A program made the position numbers and the translations under genes. Under the pieces are notes generated by a model. It saw only the letters and a list, made by a program, of their open reading frames with translations, was not told the DNA's origin and searched no databases. Below, one piece after another: positions 48,075 through 60,429 of a DNA stretch of 64,000 bases. This DNA is from Prorocentrum cordatum (Eukaryota): the NCBI GenBank assembly GCA_963575745.1, contig CAUYUJ010000226.1:434001-498000 (forward strand), read 5' to 3'. Position 1 is the first letter of the stretch; every line of letters begins with the position of its first letter.

Positions 48075-50546
48075 AGGAGGAGGAGGAGGAGGAGGGGGAG
48101 GAGAGGAGGAGGAGGAGTAGGAGGAGGAGGGAGGAGGAGGGAGGAGGAGGGAGAGGAGGAGGAGGAGGAGGAGGAAGGAGGAGGATGAGGAGGAGGAGGA
48201 GATTAGGAGGAGCAGGAGGGGGGAGGATAAGGAGAGGAGGAGGAGGGGAGGACGAGGATGAGGAGGAGGAGGAGGAGGGAGGGAGAGGCAGGAGGAGGAT
48301 GATGTGAGGAGGAGGAGGAGGAGATGAAGGAGGAGGAGGAGGAGGAGGAGAGGGGGTGGTCCTGGGCGCGTTCCCCTCGGGACCCGTTCCCTGCGTGCCG
48401 GGTCCTGGGCGCTCGGGCTGGCTGTGAGAGTGGCGGGGCGGGAGGGGCTCCTACGGGCCGGTGCGGTGGGCGGAGGGAGGGGGGGAGGGGGGAGCAGGAG
48501 GGATGAAGGGAGGCGGGAGGAGGGGGGAGGGAAGGAGCGGGAGGGAGCGCGAGGAAGAAGAGGGGAAGAGGAACAGGAGGGAGCGCGAGGAGAGAAGGGG
48601 GCGGGGGAGGCGTAGGAGGGAACGTTGGGGCTCGTGCGCAGCGCAACCGCGTGGGGCATCCAGCCACGCGCAGAGGGGGTGGGGGGAGGGGGGAAGCTTT
48701 TTGAGCAGGGCCGAGGGTCAGAGAGCGCCTTCGTCTGCCCTGGAGGGCACCCCCAAGAAGGGACGCCAAGGTGTGGTTAAGCGCCTGGCGGGTCAAGCCG
48801 ACCAAGATGTACAACATCCAACCACTCGCGTATGCCCAAAATGTTTTGGCTTGGCGCCTGGTGTGGTGCATCAGTTTCAGCTTGACCGAACAAGTTGGTT
48901 GCGCCCCTTGACGTCCGTGTTGGGGTGTTCTGCAGGCCTGACCCCCCAGACGTACTCAAAGGGCTTCTTAGGGGCACCCTTCCTTTCCCAGTGGATCAAA
49001 GGGGCGTGGATTAGTGACGGGTCCAGCTTCCATGGAAAATCGCGGATGTTTGCCGCCGGAGGAGGCGGCACCGGCCGCATTTGGGGGAGGACGCCTGCCC
49101 AGTCCATGGATTTGGCGACCGTGCTCCAAATCCATGGATCGCTAATCCATGTTTGCGCGCCCCCGAAAGAGGGGGGTGATGTTCGGTATGAACTCATGGG
49201 AGCCTTGTGTACCCTCCTGATTCCGTATCTAGCGACGATTGGCGTCTGGGAGTCGGTGAGATTGCGCCGATTTAGAGTCGGCCAATGGTTGCGCGCTCCC
49301 GATCTCGGAGCTTGATAGATCTCCTACCCTGACACGTCGATTAGCGAATTGGCCGTTCTCGGTTCGCGAGAGGGCGTCGCGGCCGTCATTCTTGCGGGTA
49401 AGAAATCATGGGTTAAGAAACTCATAGTCTCAGAACTTGAATAAAAACCAAAAAAAAAACCATACAAATCTTAGGATTTACATTGAAACATTAAGAATAA
49501 TCGAGACTCTGGCCGAAATTTAAGTTTTCTTAAGCATCGCCTAAGGTGGATCAAGCTCCGACACGGAAGTCTCGCGCGCGACGGCGCGAGGCGCGGCGAG
49601 GCCGCTCGCCCCGCGCCCCGAGCCTCGCCCCCCTTATCGCCCTCTCTCGTGTTCGGTTCGCGAGAGGGCGTCGCGGTCGTCGTTTTTGCGGGTCCAGGTC
49701 CGTCGGTTTCGGTCCGGGGCCGTTTTCACCAAAGGGAGGTTTACTAAAGGGGGGTTTGGCCACCGCGGAAGGTCGGGCGTGTCACTCTACAGCAGGAGTA
49801 TGGAGGAAGAGTCCAAGGGTAGTCTGGGGGCGATTTGTTTTGAGTAGTTCTTGGTTTTTGTTACCATGTTATCCTATGTTTTGATTCTGCCTCCAAGATC
49901 CGCCTGTAGGGGGAGACGTGCCCGACCGAAACCGAGACCGACAGAGGCACGGGGGGTGAATGGACGTCCGACGGCGATGGCGAGGGCCTCGCCTCTTGCA
50001 AGAGAGGGGGGGCGACGGGCGACGGGCGACGCGCGGCCTCGCCTCGGCGGGCGACGAGATTCGAAGGCGTGCGGCGCGGCGCGGCGGGGGCCGGTTCGGC
50101 CCGTGCCGTGCGCCGGTCGGCGAGGTCGAAGTTCGAGAAGCAGCTCAACCGCGTGGGGAGCAAGCAGCGGACCTCGGGAGGAGGAGGAGGAGGAGGAGGA
50201 GGAGGAGGAGGAGGAGGAGGAGGGGGAGGGGGAGGAGGACAAGCTAGGTGCGCTCGCGTCATATCTGACGTCCTACCCCTCCCCCCCATCCCTTACCATG
50301 GCACTGATTTTCTCTATCCGCGGACGCGTGTCGTCGCGGACCTGTGGCTCCGCGCGCGCGTGCGTAGTGGGTGGTGGTGCGCGTGCGTGCGCGCGTGCGT
50401 GTGTGCGTGTGGGGTTGTGGTGGTGGTGGTGGTGGTGGTGGTGGTGGTGGTGGTGGTGGTGATGGTGGTGGTGGTGGTGCTGGTGGTGGTGGTGCTGGTG
50501 GTGGTGGTGTTGGTACTGGTGCTGGTGCTGGTGCTGGTTGTGGTGG

Positions 50547-50646
50547 NNNNNNNNNNNNNNNNNNNNNNNNNNNNNNNNNNNNNNNNNNNNNNNNNNNNNN
50601 NNNNNNNNNNNNNNNNNNNNNNNNNNNNNNNNNNNNNNNNNNNNNN
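50547..50646. other. assembly gap (100 N)
   Basis: Run of n. Confidence 1.
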
Positions 50647-52308
50647 CTCAGAAGGCTCGGAAGTCCCCAGGCCTCCTGAGAATAATTATTATGGTTATTC
50701 TTATTCTTCTTATTACTATCATCATCTAATTATTATTATTATTTGTATTATTATTTTCATTTTATTGTTATTATTATTATTATTCGTACTAAGTACCCTA
50801 AGCATTCCCCGGAGACACAGAGAGCCTTTCAGAAGGATCGAGGGCGTCAGAGAAGTCCCGCCGCCTTCTGAGAAGGCCTGCTCCTTCTCACTTCCCCCCC
50901 TCGCTCGCCGCCGAGAAGGCAGAGGTCACTACCCACCACACCACCCCAGCGCACAACCCGAAGGCCCCAGGTTGTCCTCCATTCCCAGTGGGGGCGCGTC
51001 CCGGAACATTGAAAAATGCACAGGTGGAGCCCGTACCTCGGCATCGTTCGGACGCATGCCTTTTTTTCTCGGCCAGGACCATCGACGAGAGTCTTTGACC
51101 ATCTTGCGACAAACATGCACGCACGAAGCCGTACCACGCACGGGGAATGGACGTCCGAGCGACGGCAAGGTACGCCCCCCAGGCCAAAATCTGGGACTTC
51201 GGGCTGGGTTGGGGTGGTCTGGGTGGCAGCCAAGCGGGGGCGGGCCTCCTCAGAAGGCTCAGACAGCCTCCCTGGCCTTCTGAGAAGCCTCTGGGAAGCC
51301 CCGCGCGCGGCGCCTGCCGAGAAGGCATGCCCCTTCGCACGTCTCCCCCGGGGCTTGCCGCCAAAATGCCGTGGCCGAAGAAGGGCAACTGCATAAACTG
51401 TCGCTTCCGAAAGTCCGCGCGGGTCTCTTGGATCTTTCCTGGACCCCCCCCCGTGGCGGCGCCTCCGGCGCCGCCCCCAACGCGCTCCGCGCGCCCGGGA
51501 GGGGGATCCAGCGCCGAGATTTCCTGGCTGATCATCAGCCAGGAAATCTGCGCGCCTGGGGGGTTGTCGCAGAGCCCCGCTGGAAAGGTGACAAGTCAAA
51601 CCGATCTGCTGCCCAGCTCGTCGTCGTCGTCGCCGCCGTCCAGGCCCCAGGGCCTCAGGGCCGCAGCGCCGCAGCCCAGACGAGACATGGTTTTTTCCTG
51701 CCGCTCCTCTACAGTCAACCCGCATAGTGAGGATGGACAACCTTCCCAAAGGTATCCTTGCATCCTTGCCTCCTCGGTCCATCCCTCGCCGCTTTCGCTG
51801 GCCGCGCCCCGCTCGAAAAGCTTCGAAATGGGCGTCCAAGGCCCGTGCATCCTCATCGCGCATCCTTATTGTACTGGTTGACTGTTTGCCCGATGTGCTG
51901 CTGCAGTCGTCCGGTGTGCCCTCTGCCGGTGCAGTCTCCGGGTGCTCCTCCCGCGCGGCAGCGAGGGGAGTGAGGTCCTATGTTTATTTCCGAGCGGTGC
52001 CGGGGGGGCAGAGCCGGAGGGAGGCCGTGCCGGAGAGGACGGGGCAGAACCCTTTTTATGCGGGCGGTGAGCGGGCCGCGGAGCCGGGAGGGAGCGGGAG
52101 AGGGGGGGAGGGGATTGAGATGAAGTCGGGCTTGTCCTTCCGCGGGGGGGGATGTACCACAGATAGTAAAAACATAGTCGGTGGACGATTTTTAGAGTAC
52201 TTTCAATATTTGTTTGATTATTGCAAAGGCTTGACGGCCGGTGCCGCCGACCCTGAAGAGGACCACGACGTCGGCGACGAAGTGGGCGGAGACGGAGGCC
52301 GTGGAAGA

Positions 52309-52900
52309 TGAGGAGGAGGAGGAGGAGGCGAGGAGGAGGGGAGGAGGAGGAGGAGGAGGAGGAGGAGAGGAGGAGGAGGAGGAGGAGAACGAGGAGGAGG
52401 AGGAGGAGAGGAGGAGGAGGAGGAGAGGAGGAGGAGGAGGAGGAGGAGGAGGAGGAGAAGAGGGAGGCGGAGGAGAAGGAGGAGGAGGAGAAGGAGGAGG
52501 AGGAGGAGGAAAAGGAGGAAAGGAGGAAAAGGAGGAAAAAGGAGGAGGAGGAGGAGGAGGAGAGGAGGAGGAGGAGAGGAGGGGGAGGAGGAGAAGGAGG
52601 AGAAGGCGAGAGAGGCAGTAGCGTGGAGGTGGAGGTTGGGTAGGAGGGGAGGAGGAGGGGGGGAGGAAAGAGGAGATGGAGGAGGAAGAAAAGGAGGAGG
52701 AGGAGGAGGAGGAGAAGGAGGAGGAGGAGCAGGAGCAGGAAGAGGAGCAGGAGGAGGAGAAGGAGGAGGAGGAGCAGGAGGAGGAGGAGAGGAGGACAGG
52801 AGAGGAGGGAGGCAGAGGAGGAGGAGGAGGAGGAGGAGGAGGAGGATGAGAGGAGGAGGAGGAGGAGGAAGGGGGGAGGAGGAGGGGCGGAAGGAGGAGG
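52309..52900. repeat. (GGA)n purine-rich simple repeat; similar tracts at 9110-9690, 35210-35775, 45600-46450 and 48035-48350
   Basis: Direct reading. Confidence 0.95.
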
Positions 52901-52918
52901 AGAGTATCTGACCCCCCC

Positions 52919-52960
<42 letters not shown>

Positions 52961-53041
52961 GGCCCCCCCCGCACCGGGGGAGGGATCAAAGGGAAGGGGC
53001 TTCCCTTTGACGTGGTTGCGACGTGGGTCGATTGCACTGCA

Positions 53042-53075
<34 letters not shown>

Positions 53076-54685
53076 ACGGCACTGCCCCTCACACACGCCG
53101 ACAGGGTCGGTGGATTTCTCTACTGTTTCTCATTTCTCGTCCCAAATCCGCCTGTAGGAGGACACGCCCGACCTGAGATGGAGAGGAGAAGGTGCCTCGA
53201 GGGAGCGCTGGGCGCGTGGATTCGCGGCGGGTCCCGTGTCCATGCCAAGTCGGCGCTCTCCGTCGCCAGATGAGGCGGCCTCGCCCATGGTGGGTACTTT
53301 CTCCGATCCGTGGATCTGGCGCCCACGCGCTGGATGCATGGATGCCTAATCCATGTTTGGGTGGGTACTTCCCCCGATCCGAAGATCTGGCGCCCACGCG
53401 CTGGATCCATGGGTGGCGCGTGCCCGAGTATGGATCGACCATTGACGTTCGATGCGGGGCCCTTGCTGCTTCCCCCCGCCCTGGGCGCCAGGGGCAGCAG
53501 GGCACGGGCAAAGGGGCGCTGCCCCAGAAGGCACCATGATTCTATCCATGCCGCTGCCCCTGGCCACTTGCGGGTTCGGGGCGTGAACAGGGTCACAAAT
53601 AAAATGTCGATCGCCGATCCGCCTCAACAGTACACACAGACACCCTCCAATGGACTGACTGTGCCTGGGCCTCCTGGGAGGGTGGCGGTGTGTAAATCAA
53701 CCCTGAGAACCAGCGATGTTATACACCGCCACCCTCCCTGAAGGCACATGCAGCGTTCGTCGGCGGCTGTCCGTGTATGTGTATATATATATATATACAT
53801 ATATAGGTGTACATGGATGCGGTCGTGGTGTACAGTGGAGACCCATGCCAAGAAACACCCTGCTTGCCTCCAGGTAGCCCTGGTTTACTTGGATCTCAGC
53901 GGCTTTGCCGTGGGAAGCGTGGCGCCCCTGTGCCCGACGTCGGTGGACGTCCTGGGGTCTCAGGCTTGGGCCTCCTGTGGACCGGCCTCCGCTGCAGCCT
54001 CCTGGATGCCCCTGCAGTCGAGGCGCTGGAGTCAGGACCACGCTGGGCTCAGGCGTGGGGGAGGAGGAGGCGGAGGAGGAGGAGGAGGAGGAGGAGGAGG
54101 AGGAGAAGGAGGAAGAGGAGGAGGAGGAGGAGGAGGAAGAGGAGGAGGAGGAGGAGAGGAGGAGGAGGACCGCGACGTGGGGCTTCGATCTTCCAGGCGC
54201 TCCTCGGGCCCTGGGCTGGGGTCACCCCTCCGAGGCGGAGGCCCGCCGTTGCCCCAAGAGGCGCCCCGTCCGCTCCCTGCCGCGCGGCAGGCTTGCCGGC
54301 AGCGCAGGGGCGCTGCCCTTTTGCCTCGTCGCGGCGGCCGGGTGTGCCTCGAGGTGCTGGCCAGCCCGCGCCCCTGGAGAGATCCCGGGGAGTGAGAGGA
54401 GAGAGGGAGAGAAGGAGAGAGAGAGAGATAGAGAGAGAGAGGGGAAAAAACAAGAAAGAAGAAGAAGAAGAAGAAAGCGACAGAGACAGAGAGAGAGAGA
54501 GAGACACGAAGCGAGAGGGGAACCAACACAACTATAGAGGGAGAGATAGAGGTCAAGAGGGGGAGAGAGAGAGAGAGAGAAGGAGAACGGGAGGAAGTCC
54601 AAGTGCGAAATAGGAAAGGCGTGGCATATATCCATGAACTGTATAAACACATTTACACGTACATAGAGAGATAGAGAGAGATAGA

Positions 54686-54717
<32 letters not shown>

Positions 54718-55584
54718 ACGCGAGGGCGAGAGAGGGAGGGATAGCGAGAGAGAGCGAGAGAGCGAGAGATAGAGAGGGGGGAGAGCGAGAGCGAGAGAGC
54801 GAAATAGCCAGAGCGAGAGAGAGAGAGAGAGAATGTGAGAGAGAGAGAGAGAGAAAAGGGGATGGGGGCAGAGAGAGAGAGGGAGAGAGAGCGATAGAAC
54901 AAGAGTCAGCAAGGAACATGGCTCTCACCCGCATGATCGCCAGACGGGTGGAAGCTGGTATTGGCAGGCACGGCGGTCGGCAGAGCGGCCCCCCCGAGAT
55001 GGGAGCGCGAGGCCTGCAGCGACGGCATCCGCGCGCACAAGAGACAGATCTCGGCGGGGCGGGGCTGCTTGCAGAGGGGGCGGTGGAGCGGGAGGTGGAG
55101 AGGGAGGACGAGGAGCAGGCGCAGGAGCAGGAGCAGGAGCAGAAGGAGGACGAGGGGAAGGGGGAGGGGGAGGGGGATGAGGCGGGAAGCGGGAGAGAAG
55201 GAGAACTGAGGGAAGGCGGAGGAGGAGAAGACGGAGGAGGAGGCGGAGGAGGAGGAGGCGGAGGAGGGGGAGGAGGAGGAGGAGCAGGAGAAGGCTTTCT
55301 CGGAAAGGCCACGGGACTTCTGAGAAGTTTTCGCGCCTCTTGAGAAGTTCTCTGTGTCTTCGGGGAAGGCCTCGGAGAACCTCGCAGAAAGGCATGGGGG
55401 GGCCTCCGAGCATTCCGACGAGGCCCGCCCATGCTCGCTTCCCCCGGGGGCCCGCCGCCGATCCCCCGGCAACCCGAGGCGCACTGGGCGTGGATCAACA
55501 TCTGGCCCCTATAGAGGCTCGCTTCTCCGTGTCCATGGCGCCTCGGCCTCGCGGCGCCCCTTCTAGGAGCGTCCAAGACGCACC

Positions 55585-55591
55585 GCACGCA

Positions 55592-55674
<83 letters not shown>

Positions 55675-55677
55675 GCA

Positions 55678-55708
<31 letters not shown>

Positions 55709-55733
55709 GCACCCACACACACACACACACACA

Positions 55734-55772
<39 letters not shown>

Positions 55773-55900
55773 GCACACGCACACGCACACGCACACGCAC
55801 ACGCACACGCACACGCACACGCACACGCACACGCACACGCACACGCACACAGACACACACACACACACGCACACACACGTATGCATATATATATATATAC
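55585..55900. repeat. (CA)n/(GCAC)n microsatellite
   Basis: Direct reading. Confidence 0.95.
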
Positions 55901-58188
55901 ACACGTTGCACGTGTGTGCTCAGGCTCATACCAAAAATGAGAGGTCGTTTGGAGCAGGAAGACACCATGACGGCGGGATCGGAGATGGAGAAGGGGAAGC
56001 TGGCGCGGCGGCGCCAGGGCGTGCCTAAGAGAAGGGGGAGAGGCAGGAGGTGAACGCAGAAGAATGTAAGATCGAGGAGGAGCCCCCCCAAAGGATTGGG
56101 GATCGAGCAGGATGATCGACGAGGGCAATCGCGGGGTCGCACTCGAGCGCAAGCGGGGTTGCCACACCTTGCGATCTGTGTACCACGGGCCCCCAGGAAG
56201 CCTCAGGAGGCCCGACCAGGATGCCAGAAAATATCCCAGGAGGCCCCAGGAGGGGTCGTTCGGGAGGATGTCCATGGAGGCCTCAGGAGGCCCGACCAGG
56301 AGGCCGCAAGAGGCTCCAGGAGGCCGAAGGAGAGTATGTTTGGGCTCGAAGTTGTGAGGATGTCCATGGAGGCCGCAAGAGGCTCCAGGAGGCCCGACCA
56401 GGAGACCGCAGGCCCAAGGACGCCCCAGGAGGCGCCAGGAGGCCCCCAGGAGGCGCCAGGAGGCCCCCAGGAGGCTCCGAGGCGGGGTCTGGGGTACCAG
56501 AAGGTACGTCGGGGCTCGATTTTCGGAGGATGTCTCACGCGAAACCGCCATTCTTTGAGCACTGGGGTCGAAATCCTGCAAATTACATTGTGTTTTTGGA
56601 CCCTGACGTCACGATCTGTGTGAGGGGTGCCACCGATTTTCAGAAGTTCGAGCATGTTCCTAGCGAAACGGCCAGAAAAGCGGTTCGGCGCGGCCTTCAA
56701 TTAATCGCCTCTGAGCGCTACTCCGTCGGAGAGGTGCGTGTGAGAATATGTGTATATATCATATATCATATCAATAAATACCGCCCCCCCCTTCCACGGG
56801 TGCCACACCTCCCCGCCAAATCTCGGGGACCACTCCCCCGGGCGTTCGGGGGAGCCTCCACAGCGCTCCAGGAGGGCCCAAGACGACTCCCAGGAAGGCC
56901 CAGAATGCGAAAGGATTGTCCAAGACGTTCCCAAACAGCCCAAGTCAGCTTTCCGACGGCTCCCGAGGCTCCCAGGTAACCTCCAAGAGACCCCAAGAGA
57001 GGTCCGAGAGTCGTCCTGGGACGGCCTGAGCAGGCCAAAATCGTAGGTGTTCATTGTTGTTTCAAATGTTTTTGGCTTCTCGCGTTTTCGAGCTTCCAAT
57101 GGTCCAAGAGCGCCGAAGAGGCTCCAAAGACCGCCCCAAGACCACCCGAGAGACCCTCAGGACAGCCCCAAGGCGGGCCAAGAAGACTCCAAGACTGCCG
57201 AAGAGGCGCCCAGGACAGTCTCTGACCACTCTAGAGCAGGCCCAAGATGGGCCCAAGAGCGGGAGCAGGAGGCTTCCAGAGACCTCCGAGAGGCCTCCGG
57301 GACCCCCCAGAGGCCTCCAACACACCCCCGATCCTTGAGAGGCTACAAAAAAACCCGACGAGGCTGCAAGAACAGCCCAAGAGAGCTGCGAGAGCCGTCC
57401 CGAGAGAGCCCAAAGAGGGTCAAATCGTTGATTTCCACTGGTTTTTCTATTGTTTTTCGCCGTCTCACGTTTCCTCGAAGACCGACGATTTTTTAGAAAA
57501 ACAAGGAATTCCCAGAATTCCTTTTTCTCTTCAAAACTCCTACTCGGGGGTCCTACACATCCCCTGAGCTGGCCGGTACCGCACCTCCCTGACCCGCAGG
57601 GAGACCCCAAGACGCCGAAGGACGGCCCTTCACGACCCCAAGGAGCCCCCAGAACGTAAAGAACGGCCCAACACGCTCCCGCGCAGTCCGAGACACCCTT
57701 CCGACGGCTCTCCAGGCTTCCAGGAGGCCTCCAGAACCCCCAGGGGGTCCGGAAGATCCCACACCCATTGCGAAAATTAGCCTGGCGAAGGACCCAACCA
57801 TATGCAGTTGAGAGTACCGCAATTGTGAATATCTTCTTCGGTGGCGCTCCCTATGGGGCCACGAGCCGTATGAGGGGTGTGCCGAAATGCGTGGCAGTGT
57901 ACACAACACGAACGAAGACGATAGTCCGAATATGAAAGCTTGAGCGCGTGCGAGTCGGATCGCGAGCGAGTCTGATTATGAATGAATCTGCGCGCGATTG
58001 ATTCTATTCGCATGAATGCGTGCATGGATACGCCCAGTGTAAATGTATGTATACGACTGTGAACAGTTTGGGTCTGCGTGACTCTCGGTACTCGTGACTC
58101 TGAGCGTCGCCTCTGCAGGGGGCTTCCCTGGGAACCCCGACGGCAGCGCCCGCGCGCCGCGACGCCCATGTCGGCACGCCACACACCT

Positions 58189-60033
58189 GGTGTGCGGGAC
58201 GCATGCGGACGGCAGCACTGGGGCCTTCGGTGGAGCTCCCTGTGGGGCCACGAAACGTGTGAGGGGTGTGCCGAAATGGGTGTGCGGGACGCATGCGGAC
58301 GGCAGCCTGGGGCCTTCGGTGGAGCTCCCTGGGGCCACGAAACGTGTGAGGGGTGTGCCGAAATGGGTGTGCGGGACGCATGCGGACGGCAGCCATGGGG
58401 CCTTCGGTGGAGCTCCCTATGGGGCCACGAAACGTGTGAGGGGTGTGCCGAAATGGGTGTGCGGGACGCATGCGGACGGCAGCACTGGGGCCTTCGGTGG
58501 AGCTCCCTGTGGGGCCACGAAACGTGTGAGGGGTGTGCCGAAATGGGTGTGCGGGACGCATGCGGACGGCAGCCATGGGGCCTTCGGTGGAGCTCCCTAT
58601 GGGGCCACGAAACGTGTGAGGGGTGTGCCGAAATGGGTGTGCGGGACGCATGCGGACGGCAGCACTGGGGCCTTCGGTGGAGCTCCCTATGGGGCCACGA
58701 AACTTGTGAGGGGTGTGCCGAAATGGGTGTGCGGGACGCATGCGGACGGCAGCACTGGGGCCTTCGGTGGAGCTCCCTGTGGGGCCACGAAACGTGTGAG
58801 GGGTGTGCCGAAATGGGTGTGCGGACGCATGCGGACGGCAGCCATGGGGCCTTCGGCGGAGCTCCCTATGGGGCCAGCGAAAGCGTGTGAGGGGTGTATG
58901 GCCGAATGGGTGTGCGGACGCATAGCGCGACGTCAGCACTGTGGGGCCTTCGGTGGAGACTCCCTGTGGGGCCGCCACTGAAACGTGTGAAGGGTGTGCC
59001 GACATGGGTGTCGCGGGACGCATGGGCTGATGGCAGGCCCATGGGGCCTTCGGTGGAGCTCCCTATGGGGCCACGAAACGTGTGAAGGGTGTGCCAGAAT
59101 GGGGGGTGGAACGCATGCGGACGGCAGCCACTGGGGCCTTCGGTGGAGCTCCCTATGGGGCCACGAAACGTGTGAGGGGTGTGCCGAAATGGGTATGCGG
59201 GACGCATGCGGACGGCAGCACTGGGGCCTTCGGTGGAGCTCCCTGTGGGGCCACGAAACGTGTGAGGGGTGTGCCGAAATGGGTGTGCGGGACGCATGCG
59301 GCCGGCAGCACTGGGGCCTTCGGTGGAGCTCCCTGTGGGGCCACGAAACGTGTGAGGGGTGTGCCGAAATGGGTGTGCGGGACGCATGCGGACGGCAGCA
59401 CTGGGGCCTTCGGTGGAGCTCCCTGTGGGGCCACGAAACGTGTGAGGGGTGTGCCGAAATGGGTGTGCGGGACGCATGCGGACGGCAGCCATGGGGCCTT
59501 CGGTGGAGCTCCCTATGGGGCCACGAAACGTGTGAGGGGTGTGCCGAAATGGGTGTGCGGGACGCATGCGGACGGCAGCACTGGGGCCTTCGGTGGAGCT
59601 CCCTATGGGGCCTGTCCGACGTGTGTGGGGCCTGGTGGAGCCACGAAACGTGTGAGGGGTGTGCCGAAATGGGTGTGCGGGACGCATGCGGACGGCAGCC
59701 ATGGGGCCTTCGGTGGAGCTCCCTATGGGGCCACGAAACGTGTGAGGGGTGTGCCGAAATGGGTGTGCGGGACGCATGCGGACGGCAGCACTGGGGCCTT
59801 CGGTGGAGCTCCCTGTGGGGCCACGAAACGTGTGAGGGGTGTGCCGAAATGGGTGTGCGGGACGCATGCGGACGGCAGCCATGGGGCCTTCGGTGGAGCT
59901 CCCTATGGGGCCACGAAACGTGTGAGGGGTGTGCCGAAATGGGTGTAGGGGACGCATGCGGGCGGCAGCCCTCGGGCCTTCGGTGGAGCTCCCTATGGGG
60001 CCACGAAACGTGTGAGGGGTGTGCCGAAGTGGG
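58189..60033. repeat. 90 bp tandem minisatellite, about 20 copies
   Basis: Unit gggtgtgcgggacgcatgcggacggcagc(ac/ca)tggggccttcggtggagctccct(g/a)tggggccacgaaacgtgtgaggggtgtgccgaaat. Dispersed monomers at ~45955-46082 and ~57835-57890. Confidence 0.95.
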
Positions 60034-60067
60034 TGATGACGATGACGATGACGACGATGACAATGAC

Positions 60068-60102
<35 letters not shown>

Positions 60103-60103
60103 C

Positions 60104-60136
<33 letters not shown>

Positions 60137-60429
60137 GATGATGATGATGATGGTGATGATGATGGGAGGAGGGAGGAGGGGGAGGAGAGAGGAGGAGAAG
60201 GAGGTGGGACGCGGGGCGCTGTCTCTTCAAAACGAGGACCCAACACCACAGGATGGTTGGGAAAAATACGAGCCGTAAGAGTTTCGCCCCCTGCCGCCGG
60301 TCCTCTCTCTGCCAGAATGGGATGTATCAGACTCGCGTCGGTGCGTCCCGGCGCTGCCTTAACGCATCTGGGAATATCGTGCGGGGGCCGATATGGATCG
60401 TCAGCGCATATCGAGACGTCGGCGCTCTC

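Noticed and set aside
58189..60033. CRISPR-like array
   Set aside because: The units are contiguous 90 bp tandem copies with no unique spacers, there are no cas genes, and the context is eukaryotic.
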